This document shows, piece by piece, positions 19,930-29,448 of a stretch of 64,000 bases of DNA. The position numbers and the translations under genes are program-made. The stretch's first letter is position 1; the number at the start of each line of letters is the position of its first letter. This DNA comes from Acidimicrobiales bacterium (GTDB lineage Bacteria > Actinomycetota > Acidimicrobiia > Acidimicrobiales > Aldehydirespiratoraceae): contig JAJCXX010000068.1 in the NCBI GenBank assembly GCA_029263195.1, forward strand, positions 40,939-104,938, written 5' to 3'. The notes beneath the pieces were generated by a model. That model was given only the letters and a program-made list of their open reading frames with translations. It ran no database searches and was not told the origin of the DNA.

Positions 19930-21267
19930 ATGGGCCAACCGGTGAAGGTTGCGGCCGGCTTCGCGTGGTCGCGGGTCGTCTTCTCGGTCTTGGCGGGCAG
20001 CGTTGCAGTCGTGCCGCTGGTCGTGGCTCGGTGGCGTCCCGATCCCTTCTCATTACCCAAGCTGACGGTGTTGTGGGTCATTCTCGTGATCTGTGTCGTC
20101 GTAGCGGCTGTCGGGGTGTTCGTTGGCGGCGCCGACGAGATTCGTTTCACCTTCCATCGACATGTCGATGTTCCGTTGGCGGCCTTCGCCCTCTTCAATG
20201 TCGCAGCCACGGTCTTCTCCAGCGACCCTGGGCAGAGTCTGATCGGTGAGCGTCGCCAGTACCAAGGATTGTTGACGACCCTTCTGTATTTGTCGTTCTT
20301 CCTGTTGGCCCGACTGCTCGTGAACTCGACGTTCCGATTGAAGATCCTGTTCTCGGCGGTGTCTGTGGGTGCGGCTGTCGTGGCGACATACGGCATTCTC
20401 CAGCGTCAGGGGATCGACCCTGTATGGCGCGGGGCTTCGGAGGTGCAGCGGGTGTTTGCTTCGATTGGTCAGTCGAACGCGCTCGCCGCCTATCTGGTTC
20501 TGGCGGTTCCCTTGTCGTTGGTTATGGCACGAAGAGCCCGGGTCTCGGGTGTGGTGATAGCGGTGATCGCCGCGTCGGTCATGACGATCGCTGTGTTGAT
20601 GACCGAGAGCCGGGGCGGAATGCTCGGCTTGTCGGTGTCCGTCGCTCTTCTGGGACTCACGTGGAGGCGTTGGACCGTTGCGGGCATTTCGAGGAACCTC
20701 GTAAGTGGATTCATCCTCTTGTTGGTGGTCTCTCCGGTGTTTCTCGTGCCGCCGGTCAGGTCGCTCCTGTCGGATTCCTGGGATCGATCGGCCTCCGTTG
20801 CCGACCTGACCAGCGACATCTCGGGGAAGGACCACTGGGATGTATGGGTGGTGTCGACCCATGTCGCGCTCGACAACCCCCTGCTAGGAACCGGACCCGA
20901 GACCTTCCCTGATGTCTTCGCCGAGCACAGCCGCGAGGCTCTTTCGGTCGATCGGGCGATCTATTTCGACGCATTCAGAGTCGAGAGCCCCCACAACTTC
21001 CTGCTGGTGATTGCTGCCGGTTCGGGTATTCCTGCGCTGGTCGCCTTCTTGTGGTTTCTCACGGCTGTCGTTCTCACTCTCACCTTCAGTCGCCGAGTCG
21101 AACCGGTGTCGGCCCCTTATCTACGGGCCGTGGTTGTGGTAATCGTCGGCTTCATGGTGACGAACTCGTTCATAACTCCCGACTTTTCGAGCACGTGGCT
21201 GCTCTGGGTGCTCATGGGTGCCGCATTTGGAGTTGTCGACGGTTCGCCCAATTGTCATGGAAAGTGA
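19930..21267 (+). CDS. O-antigen ligase (Wzy_C)-like polytopic membrane protein
   Basis: About 10-12 hydrophobic helices and a central TESRGGMLGL motif typical of the O-antigen ligase/Wzy_C domain. Confidence 0.7.
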   Translation: MGQPVKVAAGFAWSRVVFSVLAGSVAVVPLVVARWRPDPFSLPKLTVLWVILVICVVVAAVGVFVGGADEIRFTFHRHVDVPLAAFALFNVAATVFSSDPGQSLIGERRQYQGLLTTLLYLSFFLLARLLVNSTFRLKILFSAVSVGAAVVATYGILQRQGIDPVWRGASEVQRVFASIGQSNALAAYLVLAVPLSLVMARRARVSGVVIAVIAASVMTIAVLMTESRGGMLGLSVSVALLGLTWRRWTVAGISRNLVSGFILLLVVSPVFLVPPVRSLLSDSWDRSASVADLTSDISGKDHWDVWVVSTHVALDNPLLGTGPETFPDVFAEHSREALSVDRAIYFDAFRVESPHNFLLVIAAGSGIPALVAFLWFLTAVVLTLTFSRRVEPVSAPYLRAVVVVIVGFMVTNSFITPDFSSTWLLWVLMGAAFGVVDGSPNCHGK

Positions 21268-21291
21268 GATTGGGATACGGTTCGCCACTGG

Positions 21292-23640
21292 TTGCGAGCG
21301 TTGGTTGGGGGAAATGCGGAGAATAGGAACACGGCGGAGGGTGATGTCTTGAGGAACGGCAGTCGAAGCGGCTTGGCGCGCACTCTCCTGGCGATATTGG
21401 TGCTGGCGACAGCCACTGGCTCGGTTATGGCTGTTGGCGGAGCGCTCGCTGCGGAGAGCGCGCAGGCAGATTGTGGCTACGAGATTCCGGTGGTGGGTCC
21501 GGCAATGTACCCCACAACTCCGACCACACTTCCCAGCATGAGTCCGGGGCAGCCCCCGGCGCCGTGTCCACCCTCGATGTCGCCGCCGATGTCTCCGCCC
21601 GCCGGGGGACCATCGCATGGCGTGTACGCGACCGTCTGCACCAACAACTTAACTCCAGATCAGAGCACCATCGACTTCGCGATTACCGCGAACATTCCCT
21701 CCAACGTCAATCCGGGCGGAACCATACCGGTCACCAATCAGCGCTGGAGCGTCACCATCCTGGGAGCCACGTTTGATACGGGCATCAATCTCAACCTGAT
21801 CTCACCCGGTGACGTCATATGGAGTTCGGTCGATGTCACTCTTCGGGCGACCAACACCGTCGAGGGATTGGTCACGGCGATCAATCATCCTCTCGAGACG
21901 ACGGTCGTGGTTGACGAGTTCGGTCTCGCCTTGGATCAGACGGTCGAGTTTGTCGTGTCGGACATGTTCGTCACCGCGGCCGGCGGACCCGTCGAGTTCT
22001 CTCTCGATAGTGCCGTCTTGTCGGTCCTGATCCCGACCCTGCCTGGGCCCTTGCTGTTCGCCTGCAATGCCGTAGCCGGTCAGTCCCCGTTCCACACGAC
22101 CGGCGCGGGCTCATCGACCACAACGACACTGCCTGCTGGAGGATCCACTACGACGTCGCTGCCGACGGGTGGACCATCGCATGGTGTCTACACGACGGCC
22201 TGCACCAACTCTGCTACTCCAGATCAAAGCAGCTTCGAGTTCGCTGTAGCCGCCGCCATTCCCTCCAACGCCAACCCGGGTGGATCCATACCGGTCACCA
22301 GTCAGAGCTGGAGCGTAGTCGTCCCGGGAAGCATCTTCGATACGGGTTTAAACCTCAACCTGATCGCGCCTGGTGATGTCGTCTCGACTTCGGTCGAAGC
22401 AACTCTGCGGGCAACCAATACCTCGGAGGGGTCGCTCACTGCGACAAGTAGTCCGCTTGACTTGACGGTCGTGGTTGACGGGTTCGGTCGGGCCGTGGAT
22501 CAGATGGCCGAGTTTCTCGTACCGGACATGTTCTTCACCGCGGCCGGGGGACCTGCAGCGTTCTCTCTCGATGGTGCCGTCTTGGCGGTCCTAATCCCGA
22601 TCCTGCCAGCGCCGTTGGAGTACACCTGCATTGCCGCAGTCGGTCAGCCCCCGTTCCACACGACCGAGGTGGGCTCATCGACAACGACCACAACGACACT
22701 GCCTCCTGGTGGCTCCACTACGACGACAGTGGCACCGGTGGGTGTACCGACAAACGGGGTCTACACGACGGTCTGTACCAACACCGCTACACCAAATGAA
22801 AACAATGTTGAGTTCGCGATAGCTGCGAACATTCCCTCCATTGTCAGCCCAGGTGGGACCATACCGGTCACCGGTCAGCGCTGGAGTGTCACCATCCCAG
22901 GCAGCATTCTCGACACGGCCATCAATCTCATCCTCGTCGAGCCTGGTGATGTCCTATCCAACTTTGTCGACGTCACGCTTCGAGGAACCAACACCGTCGA
23001 GGGTTCGGTGTCTGCCTTTGATCGTCCGTTCGAGATGACGGTCACGGTCGACGAGTTCGGTCGTGGCCTGGATCAGACGATTGAATTTTCCGTGCCGGAC
23101 ATGTTCTTCACCACGGGCGGGCTCCCCGTGAACTTCTCAATCGAAGGTGCCGTGGTTTCGATAGTGTTCCCGATCCTGCCGGTTCCGTTGTCGTTGTTCT
23201 GCATCACCCCAGCCGGTCTGCAGGCCCCGTTCCACACAACCGACGTGGGATCGACGACGACGACCACGACGACCTCGACGACTTCGACGACTCTGCCTCC
23301 GGATTCGACCTCTTCGACCACTTCGTCCACGACCACTTCGTCCACGACCTCCACGACGACTTCGTCCACGACCTCTTCGACCACCTCGTCCACGACCTCC
23401 ACGACGACTTCCTCCACGACCACTTCAACCACTTCGTCCACGACCACGTCGACGGTGCCTTCGAGTTCGTCCTCCACGACGTCGACCACTGTGGCGACAG
23501 AGGTAGGAGGCGCTCAGCAGTTGGCTGTCACCGGCAATGGCACGCTCTTGTTCCTGGCTGCGATCGCCTTGATCCTGCTCGATATCGGGTATCTGGCCGC
23601 CAGCTCTACTTGGCCCAACCGTCGTAGGCGGTCTGCCTAA
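21292..23640 (+). CDS. Cell-wall-anchored surface protein: three ~190-aa tandem domains, a Ser/Thr-rich stalk and a LAXTG sorting signal
   Basis: Signal-peptide-like LAILVLATATGSVMAVGGALAAESAQA; three repeats; long S/T stalk. C-terminal LAVTG + hydrophobic helix + RRRRSA matches the class E sortase signal. Start uncertain (TTG at 21292 or TTG at 21349). Confidence 0.8.
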   Translation: MRALVGGNAENRNTAEGDVLRNGSRSGLARTLLAILVLATATGSVMAVGGALAAESAQADCGYEIPVVGPAMYPTTPTTLPSMSPGQPPAPCPPSMSPPMSPPAGGPSHGVYATVCTNNLTPDQSTIDFAITANIPSNVNPGGTIPVTNQRWSVTILGATFDTGINLNLISPGDVIWSSVDVTLRATNTVEGLVTAINHPLETTVVVDEFGLALDQTVEFVVSDMFVTAAGGPVEFSLDSAVLSVLIPTLPGPLLFACNAVAGQSPFHTTGAGSSTTTTLPAGGSTTTSLPTGGPSHGVYTTACTNSATPDQSSFEFAVAAAIPSNANPGGSIPVTSQSWSVVVPGSIFDTGLNLNLIAPGDVVSTSVEATLRATNTSEGSLTATSSPLDLTVVVDGFGRAVDQMAEFLVPDMFFTAAGGPAAFSLDGAVLAVLIPILPAPLEYTCIAAVGQPPFHTTEVGSSTTTTTTLPPGGSTTTTVAPVGVPTNGVYTTVCTNTATPNENNVEFAIAANIPSIVSPGGTIPVTGQRWSVTIPGSILDTAINLILVEPGDVLSNFVDVTLRGTNTVEGSVSAFDRPFEMTVTVDEFGRGLDQTIEFSVPDMFFTTGGLPVNFSIEGAVVSIVFPILPVPLSLFCITPAGLQAPFHTTDVGSTTTTTTTSTTSTTLPPDSTSSTTSSTTTSSTTSTTTSSTTSSTTSSTTSTTTSSTTTSTTSSTTTSTVPSSSSSTTSTTVATEVGGAQQLAVTGNGTLLFLAAIALILLDIGYLAASSTWPNRRRRSA
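21604..23255 (+). repeat. Three tandem coding repeats (periods 564 and 573 bp) inside the surface-protein gene
   Basis: Units start at 21604 (GGPSHGVYATVCTN), 22168 (GGPSHGVYTTACTN) and 22741 (GVPTNGVYTTVCTN). Each has 2 Cys and ends PFHTT..GSSTTTT. Confidence 0.9.
23256..23490 (+). repeat. Low-complexity Ser/Thr-coding microrepeats (ACG/ACC/TCG/TCC)
   Basis: Encodes TTTTTTSTTSTT...SSTTTSSTTSTTTSSTTSSTT...; probable O-glycosylated stalk. Confidence 0.85.
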
Positions 23641-24092
23641 GCCAGCACGACCACGCGGCCGGTCTTGGTGATGGTGGTGCTTCGAAGGTTCCCGGGAAGA
23701 GCCGGCGCGATCATCAGGTCGACCCGGAGGCTGAGTTGCACGGTGACGGTGATGCGCCCGGCGTTGTCGGTGCCGATGTCGACGGCCAGGATCGTGGCGT
23801 TGGGTAGGGGTCCGGCCGCAACCGCCTGAGCGACGATCACTCTTGCCCGGGTAGGGTCGAGGCTGGGAGACTCACCGCCTCGCAGTGCTGGAATGTCGAG
23901 AGCAGCGAGAGAGTCGTTGGCTGCGGAGTCGGCCACGGCCTGGAGTTCGCGCCCTCTCACTTGAGAGAGTCCGACGTCGAGCACGATTGCTCCGAGCACC
24001 AACATGATCATCACCGCCGCCGGGAACATGAGCAGAACCGTGCCGCGCTCAGATCTGGTGTGTGATGGTCCCGGCCCGGAGCGAGTCTTCAT
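23637..24092 (-). CDS. TadG/TadE-like pseudopilin (Flp pilus assembly)
   Basis: ERGTVLLMFPAAVMIMLVLGAIVLDVGL N-terminal TadE/G-type helix. ATG at 24092 overlaps the upstream stop (ATGA). The longer ORF extension is Arg-rich and overlaps the upstream gene. Confidence 0.7.
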   Translation of the reverse strand: MKTRSGPGPSHTRSERGTVLLMFPAAVMIMLVLGAIVLDVGLSQVRGRELQAVADSAANDSLAALDIPALRGGESPSLDPTRARVIVAQAVAAGPLPNATILAVDIGTDNAGRITVTVQLSLRVDLMIAPALPGNLRSTTITKTGRVVVLA

Positions 24093-24553
24093 GGACAGGC
24101 GGCGGTGCCGGCGAGCCCGTCGCGGAAGGGATCGACTACCTCGGTGAACGTCGAGCTGACCGGTTGCAGGTTTCCGAATCCGCCGATGAACGGGATCACG
24201 AGGGTTGGTACGTCGTAGGTGACGGTGATGCTCACCCGTGCGCACCTGGCGAAGTCGCCGGTGACGACAGGCTGTTCCACCGTGGCGCGTTCGTCGTCTC
24301 GGCCGTAGGCCGACAGGGTTTCTCTCGCCCGGGCATCTGCTGCGGCCTCCGCTTCACCCTGGGTGTCGGCTTCCACATAGGCGCGCACGGCCTCCCGGGC
24401 CGAACTCGACACAGCCATCTTGGCGTCGATGACACCCCATGCGTTGGCGATCAGCAACGTGACCGCGATGAAGATCATGAAGCCGAACGGCAGGGCCTCG
24501 ATGCCGCCAACCTGACCGCGCTCGCCGCGGCATCTTCGTGTTGGTGAATTCAT
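24089..24553 (-). CDS. TadE-like protein
   Basis: RGERGQVGGIEALPFGFMIFIAVTLLIANAWGVIDAKMAV. 4-bp overlaps with both neighbouring genes. Confidence 0.7.
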   Translation of the reverse strand: MNSPTRRCRGERGQVGGIEALPFGFMIFIAVTLLIANAWGVIDAKMAVSSSAREAVRAYVEADTQGEAEAAADARARETLSAYGRDDERATVEQPVVTGDFARCARVSITVTYDVPTLVIPFIGGFGNLQPVSSTFTEVVDPFRDGLAGTAACP

Positions 24554-24960
24554 CGTTTCTGTTCCGTCCGGACCTCGATCGTCTTGCGGAGATGCGACAA
24601 TCCGAAGATGCCGGCGACGGCGTTGGGCAAGATGGTCGGGTGATCCGCGGTGATGGTCACGATCACACGATTGGGGTTGGTGCAATCCCAGCCGAGCGAA
24701 GCATTGCCATTGCGGCCGTACTGCCCCAGAGCATCAACAAATGCTGCCTCGGCTTCCGGCACGGCAGCGCAGCGATCGGCCGACGCGTCGAACCCGGCCA
24801 CCCGCGATGCGGCCTCATGCGCGGCGCTGGTGACCATCGTCGTTGCGTAGAGGTTGAACAGGATCTGTACGGCGGCCAGCATCAACAGCAGGAAGACCAG
24901 GAATCCGGTGCTCGTGCCGATCAAACCGGCGCCGCGATCGCCGCGGCGTCCGGGTTTCAC
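24550..24960 (-). CDS. TadE-like protein
   Basis: RGDRGAGLIGTSTGFLVFLLLMLAAVQILFNLY. GTG at 24960 would overlap the stop of the pilin-like ORF; start is tentative. Confidence 0.6.
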   Translation of the reverse strand: MKPGRRGDRGAGLIGTSTGFLVFLLLMLAAVQILFNLYATTMVTSAAHEAASRVAGFDASADRCAAVPEAEAAFVDALGQYGRNGNASLGWDCTNPNRVIVTITADHPTILPNAVAGIFGLSHLRKTIEVRTEQKR

Positions 24961-25190
24961 CCGTTTCCTGCACCAATGCTGTTGACCTGGCCCTCGATGT
25001 TGGCCTCGGCGTTGCCCCAGATTCTCTGGAACGCCACCCACATCCCCGCGCCGATGAACGCGATGATCAGCACGGCAATAGCCGTACTGATGACCCCTTC
25101 GCCACGGTCGCCCAATAGCCGTCCGCTACGTCGGTTACCGGCGCCAACCAGCATCTGGATTTCCATCCATGTGATCGCTGCAATGCTCAT
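24957..25190 (-). CDS. Small Flp-pilin-like / DUF4244-like hydrophobic protein (78 aa)
   Basis: Positioned between tadC and the tadE-like genes. Has a charged leader, then GEGVISTAIAVLIIAFIGAGMWV. AGAAGGA lies 6 nt upstream of the ATG at 25190. Confidence 0.6.
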   Translation of the reverse strand: MSIAAITWMEIQMLVGAGNRRSGRLLGDRGEGVISTAIAVLIIAFIGAGMWVAFQRIWGNAEANIEGQVNSIGAGNG

Positions 25191-25294
25191 GTCTGTCCTT
25201 CTCTTCCTGTCTCTGGGTTCTTGCTCATTGGTTCTGTGCTGAATTCGGGGAGAGATCTGTGGCTGGAGCGGGGGAGGGGATGGGCCTTGAGTGG

Positions 25295-26197
25295 TCAACC
25301 TGCGAACAGGGAAAGTGCGTCGATGAACGGGACACCCATTAGCAGGACACCGGGAATAAGAGCGGCAACCGTGACGGGCACCCAGACCTGCTGATTGCGT
25401 TTCTCGATCGACTCGATGAGTTGACGGTGGGCGTCTCGCCGGATGGCCCGCGCTTCCTCGGCGATGAGTCGACCCAGGTCGGCGGTGTCTCGGTTGAGCG
25501 ACAGCACCGACACGAGTCGGTCGAGCGCATCGACGTCGACGAGATCACTCCACTCGCGAAGCGCGTCCTCCTCCGATAGTCCGTGCCGGATCCTTTGCAG
25601 GACCCGCTCGAGACCTTTGGAGCAGGCTCCTTCTCCTCGTTCAGCGGTGCGCGCCAGAGCCGCTCCGAGTGACCAGCCGGCGGAGATCAGCATTCCGAGT
25701 TGCTCGGCAATCACCGGTAGTTCGAGAAACACGTCGCGCTGCCAGCGCTTCGACGCGGCGGCAGCCTGCTGCTCCACCAACAAAAAGGCGAGAAGGGGGA
25801 GGCCAACCACGATCGGCATGGCCAGTACCGCGGACGAGACAAACGCGATCGAGCCGACAGCTCCGAGTCCGAAGGCGGCGGCCGACCACCCCATCTGACG
25901 GACCCGAAACGTGGTCACGTCGAGCGGCGACTGGAATCTTCGGAGCCTCATTTCGAGGTCCTCGCTCACGCCGAACAAGGTCGAGAGCTTCTCGCCGAAG
26001 GACCGGGCGAGCGGAGCGATCACTTCGTGGAATGACTCGACCGAGAGAACTCCGCCACGCGTGGGGACTCCCATCGAGGGCGAGTACGGCCCAAGGCGCT
26101 CGGTGAGTTGGGGTCGTTTGATCCAGCGGACCTCCGACAAAATGAGTGTGAGGCCGGCCATCAGGGCCAGCGCCGACAAGGTCAGAATCGCGGTCAC
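25295..26197 (-). CDS. tadC: Tad secretion inner-membrane protein TadC (T2SS-F domain)
   Basis: GTG at 26197 overlaps the tadB stop (GTGA). TM helices and a T2SSF-like cytoplasmic domain. The N-terminal 134 aa of the longer ORF are Arg-rich and overlap tadB, so they are taken as non-coding shadow. Confidence 0.75.
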   Translation of the reverse strand: MTAILTLSALALMAGLTLILSEVRWIKRPQLTERLGPYSPSMGVPTRGGVLSVESFHEVIAPLARSFGEKLSTLFGVSEDLEMRLRRFQSPLDVTTFRVRQMGWSAAAFGLGAVGSIAFVSSAVLAMPIVVGLPLLAFLLVEQQAAAASKRWQRDVFLELPVIAEQLGMLISAGWSLGAALARTAERGEGACSKGLERVLQRIRHGLSEEDALREWSDLVDVDALDRLVSVLSLNRDTADLGRLIAEEARAIRRDAHRQLIESIEKRNQQVWVPVTVAALIPGVLLMGVPFIDALSLFAG

Positions 26198-27081
26198 TTG
26201 TCGAACACCCTTTCGGGTTCGGGCAAGCGCATGATGGCGCCGGCCCAGAGCCAACAGACAACGACCAGTGCGAGCGCCATCATCACGACTGCCTGTCCGG
26301 TTGACGTTCGGTAGGCGTCTCGGCCGTTGCCGATGGACATGCCCGCCATCGCCATTCCGGCCGGCACTATCAGCACGAACATTCGAGCGAATCGAGCCCC
26401 GGCCTGTCTCGATCGTGCGTCCTTGCGCCCTTGGACGTCTTGTCGGCGATCCTGAGCGAGAGCGTCGAGGCGACGGTCGAGGTCGCTGCCGCCGAGTTCG
26501 TGGGCGATCAGCAACGTCTCGCAGGTCATGTCGGCCGTGGGGTCGGCGAGTTGGTCCTTCAGCACCTGGAGCGAGCGGCTGAGGTCGGTGGTGAGCAGCC
26601 ATTCACGTTGGGCCGCCTCGAACGCCGGCCGAAGTTCCTCGGGCCCGCGACTGCCAACCTCGAAGAGCGATCGCGGAATCGATCGGCCCAGCGAACTGGT
26701 CTGGACTCGAATCTCTTCGATCATCCGAGGCCATGCTTCCTGCGCTCGGCGGCGACGCTCGTGTCGGCGTCGGCGGTAGGAGTCGACAGGAAATGTGGCT
26801 GCGAACACGCCGGCTGCCAGCGCGGGCACCAGTCCGCCGAACGCTGCGTATGTGACGATGGCAGCAAGAGCAAACAGGATCGCCACGACGGCGGCGAATT
26901 CGCGGGGGTCGACATCGCCGAGTCCGGCCTGGGTGAGCCACGATTCGAGGTCGACTCGGGGCCGCGGTCGCCTCTCGGCGAGGGCAGGTCCCAGCCCGGG
27001 TCCCCGCCACCCCAGCATGATCGATGTGTATGCGTACCATGCGCCGATCGCGGCGAGCAGGGCCAGCAATACCGGTGTCAT
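26194..27081 (-). CDS. tadB: Tad secretion inner-membrane protein TadB (T2SS-F domain)
   Basis: The ATG at 27081 overlaps the stop codon of the tadA fragment (ATGA). Protein starts MTPVLLALLAAIGAWYAY and has the topology typical of TadB. Confidence 0.75.
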   Translation of the reverse strand: MTPVLLALLAAIGAWYAYTSIMLGWRGPGLGPALAERRPRPRVDLESWLTQAGLGDVDPREFAAVVAILFALAAIVTYAAFGGLVPALAAGVFAATFPVDSYRRRRHERRRRAQEAWPRMIEEIRVQTSSLGRSIPRSLFEVGSRGPEELRPAFEAAQREWLLTTDLSRSLQVLKDQLADPTADMTCETLLIAHELGGSDLDRRLDALAQDRRQDVQGRKDARSRQAGARFARMFVLIVPAGMAMAGMSIGNGRDAYRTSTGQAVVMMALALVVVCWLWAGAIMRLPEPERVFDK

Positions 27082-28114
27082 CGGACGCGATCCATGGCGA
27101 GAATGTCGCGAATGTCGAGGCCGAATTCCTCGAAGGCCCGGGCCGTGCGCTGCGGGATGCTGCCGGTGGAGGTCAGCGGTGCATCGCGTCCCGGTCTGGT
27201 GAAGACGTTGGTCATGGTGAACTGGGCACTTTCGAGAGAGGCGCTGAGCTCCTCCACACACGCGATGGTGTTGACACGCGGGCCTTCGGGTGTGCGAATG
27301 CAGTGGACTACTACATCGATTGCTTCGGAGACGAGATTGTTGAGTGCAGACATGGGCAGTTCGTTGCCGGTGTCGGCCAATTGGCTGATGAACCGGAGAC
27401 GGGTGAGTGCCTGGCGGGCTGATCCGGCGTGGATCGTCGTGAAGCCCTTCACTCCGGACGACAAGGTAAGCAGTAGAGGTAGTGCCTCGCGATCGCGAAC
27501 CTCGCCGACGATTGCGATGTCGGGGGCCATGCGGAGGAAGCCGGCGACAAGATGGCGAAGGCTGATCTCAGGTCGGTCGGAGCGGCTCGCACGTGTCTGC
27601 ATGCTTGCGACGTTGGGTAGCGGAATGTCGGCCTCGAAGACCTCTTCGGCGACAACAACTCGCAGAGCCGGATCGAGCTCGGCGGCACAGCAGTTGAGCA
27701 TCGTTGTCTTGCCCGATCCTGGCGCGCCCGCGAAGAGGATTGTTTGGCGTGCCTCTACGCATGACCGCAGGAACGTGGCCGCCTGATCGGTGAGAGTTCC
27801 GATATCGACGAGTTCGTCGAGGCTGCGAAAGGCGACGCCGGTGAACTTCCGAATGTTGACCATCAGGTGCCCGCCGCGGGCGATATCGCCGTGAACTATG
27901 TGGATCCTGGCGCCATCGTCGAGCTGGGCATCCTGCAAACCTTCGCTGGGGTCAAGCTTGCGGTGAGCGCTCGCGGCATCGTCGAGAATCTTGGTGAGAA
28001 TCCGGAAGACGTGTTCGTCGTCGTGGAACACCTCGTCGTGGTAGCCGCTCGTCCCCTTGTGGCGTTTGACGAACACGGCATCCGGAGCGTTGATCATGAT
28101 CTCCCAGACGTCGT
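27078..28114 (-). pseudogene. tadA: tadA/cpaF secretion ATPase, C-terminal fragment (about 345 codons; N-terminus displaced 27 kb away)
   Basis: Homology begins abruptly at DVWEIMINAPDAVFVKRHKG. Walker A GAPGSGKTT and Walker B-like VVAEEVF present. An in-frame TGA lies 9 codons upstream of DVWE; the only start is the internal ATG at 28097. Confidence 0.85.
28100..28114. repeat. 15-bp direct repeat, left copy (putative att core)
   Basis: TCTCCCAGACGTCGT, identical to 55057-55071 and in the same orientation. Encodes the DVWE of tadA on the minus strand. Confidence 0.9.
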
Positions 28115-28529
28115 AGTTCTGAGCTATTTGCGCTGGTCAGAGGGCTGGGTTTCCGTTTCGTGCCACTTGCGTGCCAGTAGCAGAGGGGAGTGACGGGGTG
28201 CAGCGGGCAGCACCGAGTTGGGTGTGGCCGTTTTGGGCAGTGGGGGAGCTGAGTACGCTTTGTCCCGGGTGGTCATGTTCGACGGTGCTTGCGGTATCTC
28301 GGTTAAGCGCAGCCCGGGAGATAGATAGAGAGATCTGGCGGATATTGCGGAGCGATCCAGCATCGCCAATATCGAGCAATGCAATTGGGCCGGAGTCGAG
28401 TGGCGGATGTGTCTCGGCGGTCGAAATTCTGGGCGGCGAAATGCTGCGGTCTCGGCCAAGCTTCGGGCGGCTGCTTGAGAAGCGCGGTAACTCAGCGAGC
28501 CGACGTCGCGTTAGGTCCCCTCGGTGGCC

Positions 28530-29207
28530 TCAGGCTAGAACGGCTTGGACCGCGGCGAGGACGTTGTGGTGATCGCCGTCAGGGTGTCGCACGAGCACTC
28601 CGTGCATGCCTGCGTCTTCGGCTCCGCGCTTGTCGGCGGTCGGATTGTCTCCAATCATCCAAGCCGTGCTGGGCTCGAAGCCACGGCAAGCGATGCCGAA
28701 CGCTTCGGCGTGTGGCTTTTCGTAGCCGATCAGCGCAGATGTGAACACCTTGTCCACGTAGCCATCAAGTCCGAGCTCGGAGGTGATCGCCACAAGCTCC
28801 GGGACGTGGTTGGACAAGATCACGACAGGAACCCCCGCGGTCCGTAGTTCCTGCATTGCCTCTACGACGTCGGGATACAGATGGAACCGCGACGCGTCGC
28901 AAAAGTGGGAGCGGACGCCATCGCGAAGACTCTCGAGCTCCTCGATCTCGGCCCCGACTGCCAAATAGGAGCGGTCGATGAGCTCACCGAACATGCGCCA
29001 CCAATCATTGGCGCTACGAATCTGCGTGTGCGGAGTTTCGGGCTGATGCCAAGGGAAGCCGTCTCGCAGCTGCGAGCGGAGATCGCCGATCGTGACACCA
29101 TGACGTGGTCGTTGCGAGTCGAAGACATCGAGCAGGCACTGGGACCACATTCCCGGGCGATAAGCAAGGGTTCCATCGAAGTCAAAGACCACCAATTCCA
29201 CACTCAT
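28530..29207 (-). CDS. HAD-superfamily hydrolase
   Basis: Motif I VVFDFDGTLA, motif II ILSN, C-terminal GDNPTAD. Confidence 0.8.
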   Translation of the reverse strand: MSVELVVFDFDGTLAYRPGMWSQCLLDVFDSQRPRHGVTIGDLRSQLRDGFPWHQPETPHTQIRSANDWWRMFGELIDRSYLAVGAEIEELESLRDGVRSHFCDASRFHLYPDVVEAMQELRTAGVPVVILSNHVPELVAITSELGLDGYVDKVFTSALIGYEKPHAEAFGIACRGFEPSTAWMIGDNPTADKRGAEDAGMHGVLVRHPDGDHHNVLAAVQAVLA

Positions 29208-29448
29208 GGCCAGCTTGGCCCGTCAGTCACGAGTGCTCTCCCGGCTTATTCGCATCTGCCCAAGAGTAGTCAGCAACGCGACCCCTTCATGGAGAGTTGT
29301 GCCGCCACCGAACTCGCCCATCGCTTTGGGCCCGAGTACCGACGACAACCAACCGAGGGGTTCGCGGCGGAGGCGAGCCGCACCATAGAAGCCGCTCGGA
29401 AGTCACGAGCCCAATGGTGAGATCAGATGCCGCAGAACCGGCGAAGTA

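Noticed and set aside
18915-20396. 493-aa minus-strand ORF opposite cysM and the O-antigen-ligase-like gene.
   Set aside because: It has no recognisable motifs and an Arg/Thr/Pro-rich composition. The plus-strand genes have strong family signatures.
23256-23490. Considered the short tandem nucleotide repeats as a possible CRISPR array or minisatellite.
   Set aside because: They are in frame within the surface-protein gene and encode a Ser/Thr stalk. There is no repeat-spacer organisation.
25295-26602. Considered the full 435-aa ORF as the tadC product. The same question arose for the long N-terminal extensions of the ORFs at 23637-24245, 24089-24685, 26194-27261 and 42197-43423.
   Set aside because: The extensions are Arg/His-rich and overlap the upstream genes by 100-400 bp. 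Internal starts give the 4-bp stop/start overlaps typical of this operon.
26431-27786. 451-aa plus-strand ORF opposite tadB and tadA.
   Set aside because: It is antisense to genes with Walker motifs and T2SS-F topology. Its composition is that of a GC-rich shadow frame.
28115-28530. Looked for a tRNA/tmRNA-like integration target or an integrase remnant at the left island end.
   Set aside because: No tRNA-like T-arm or acceptor sequence and no convincing ORF were seen. The region is left unassigned.
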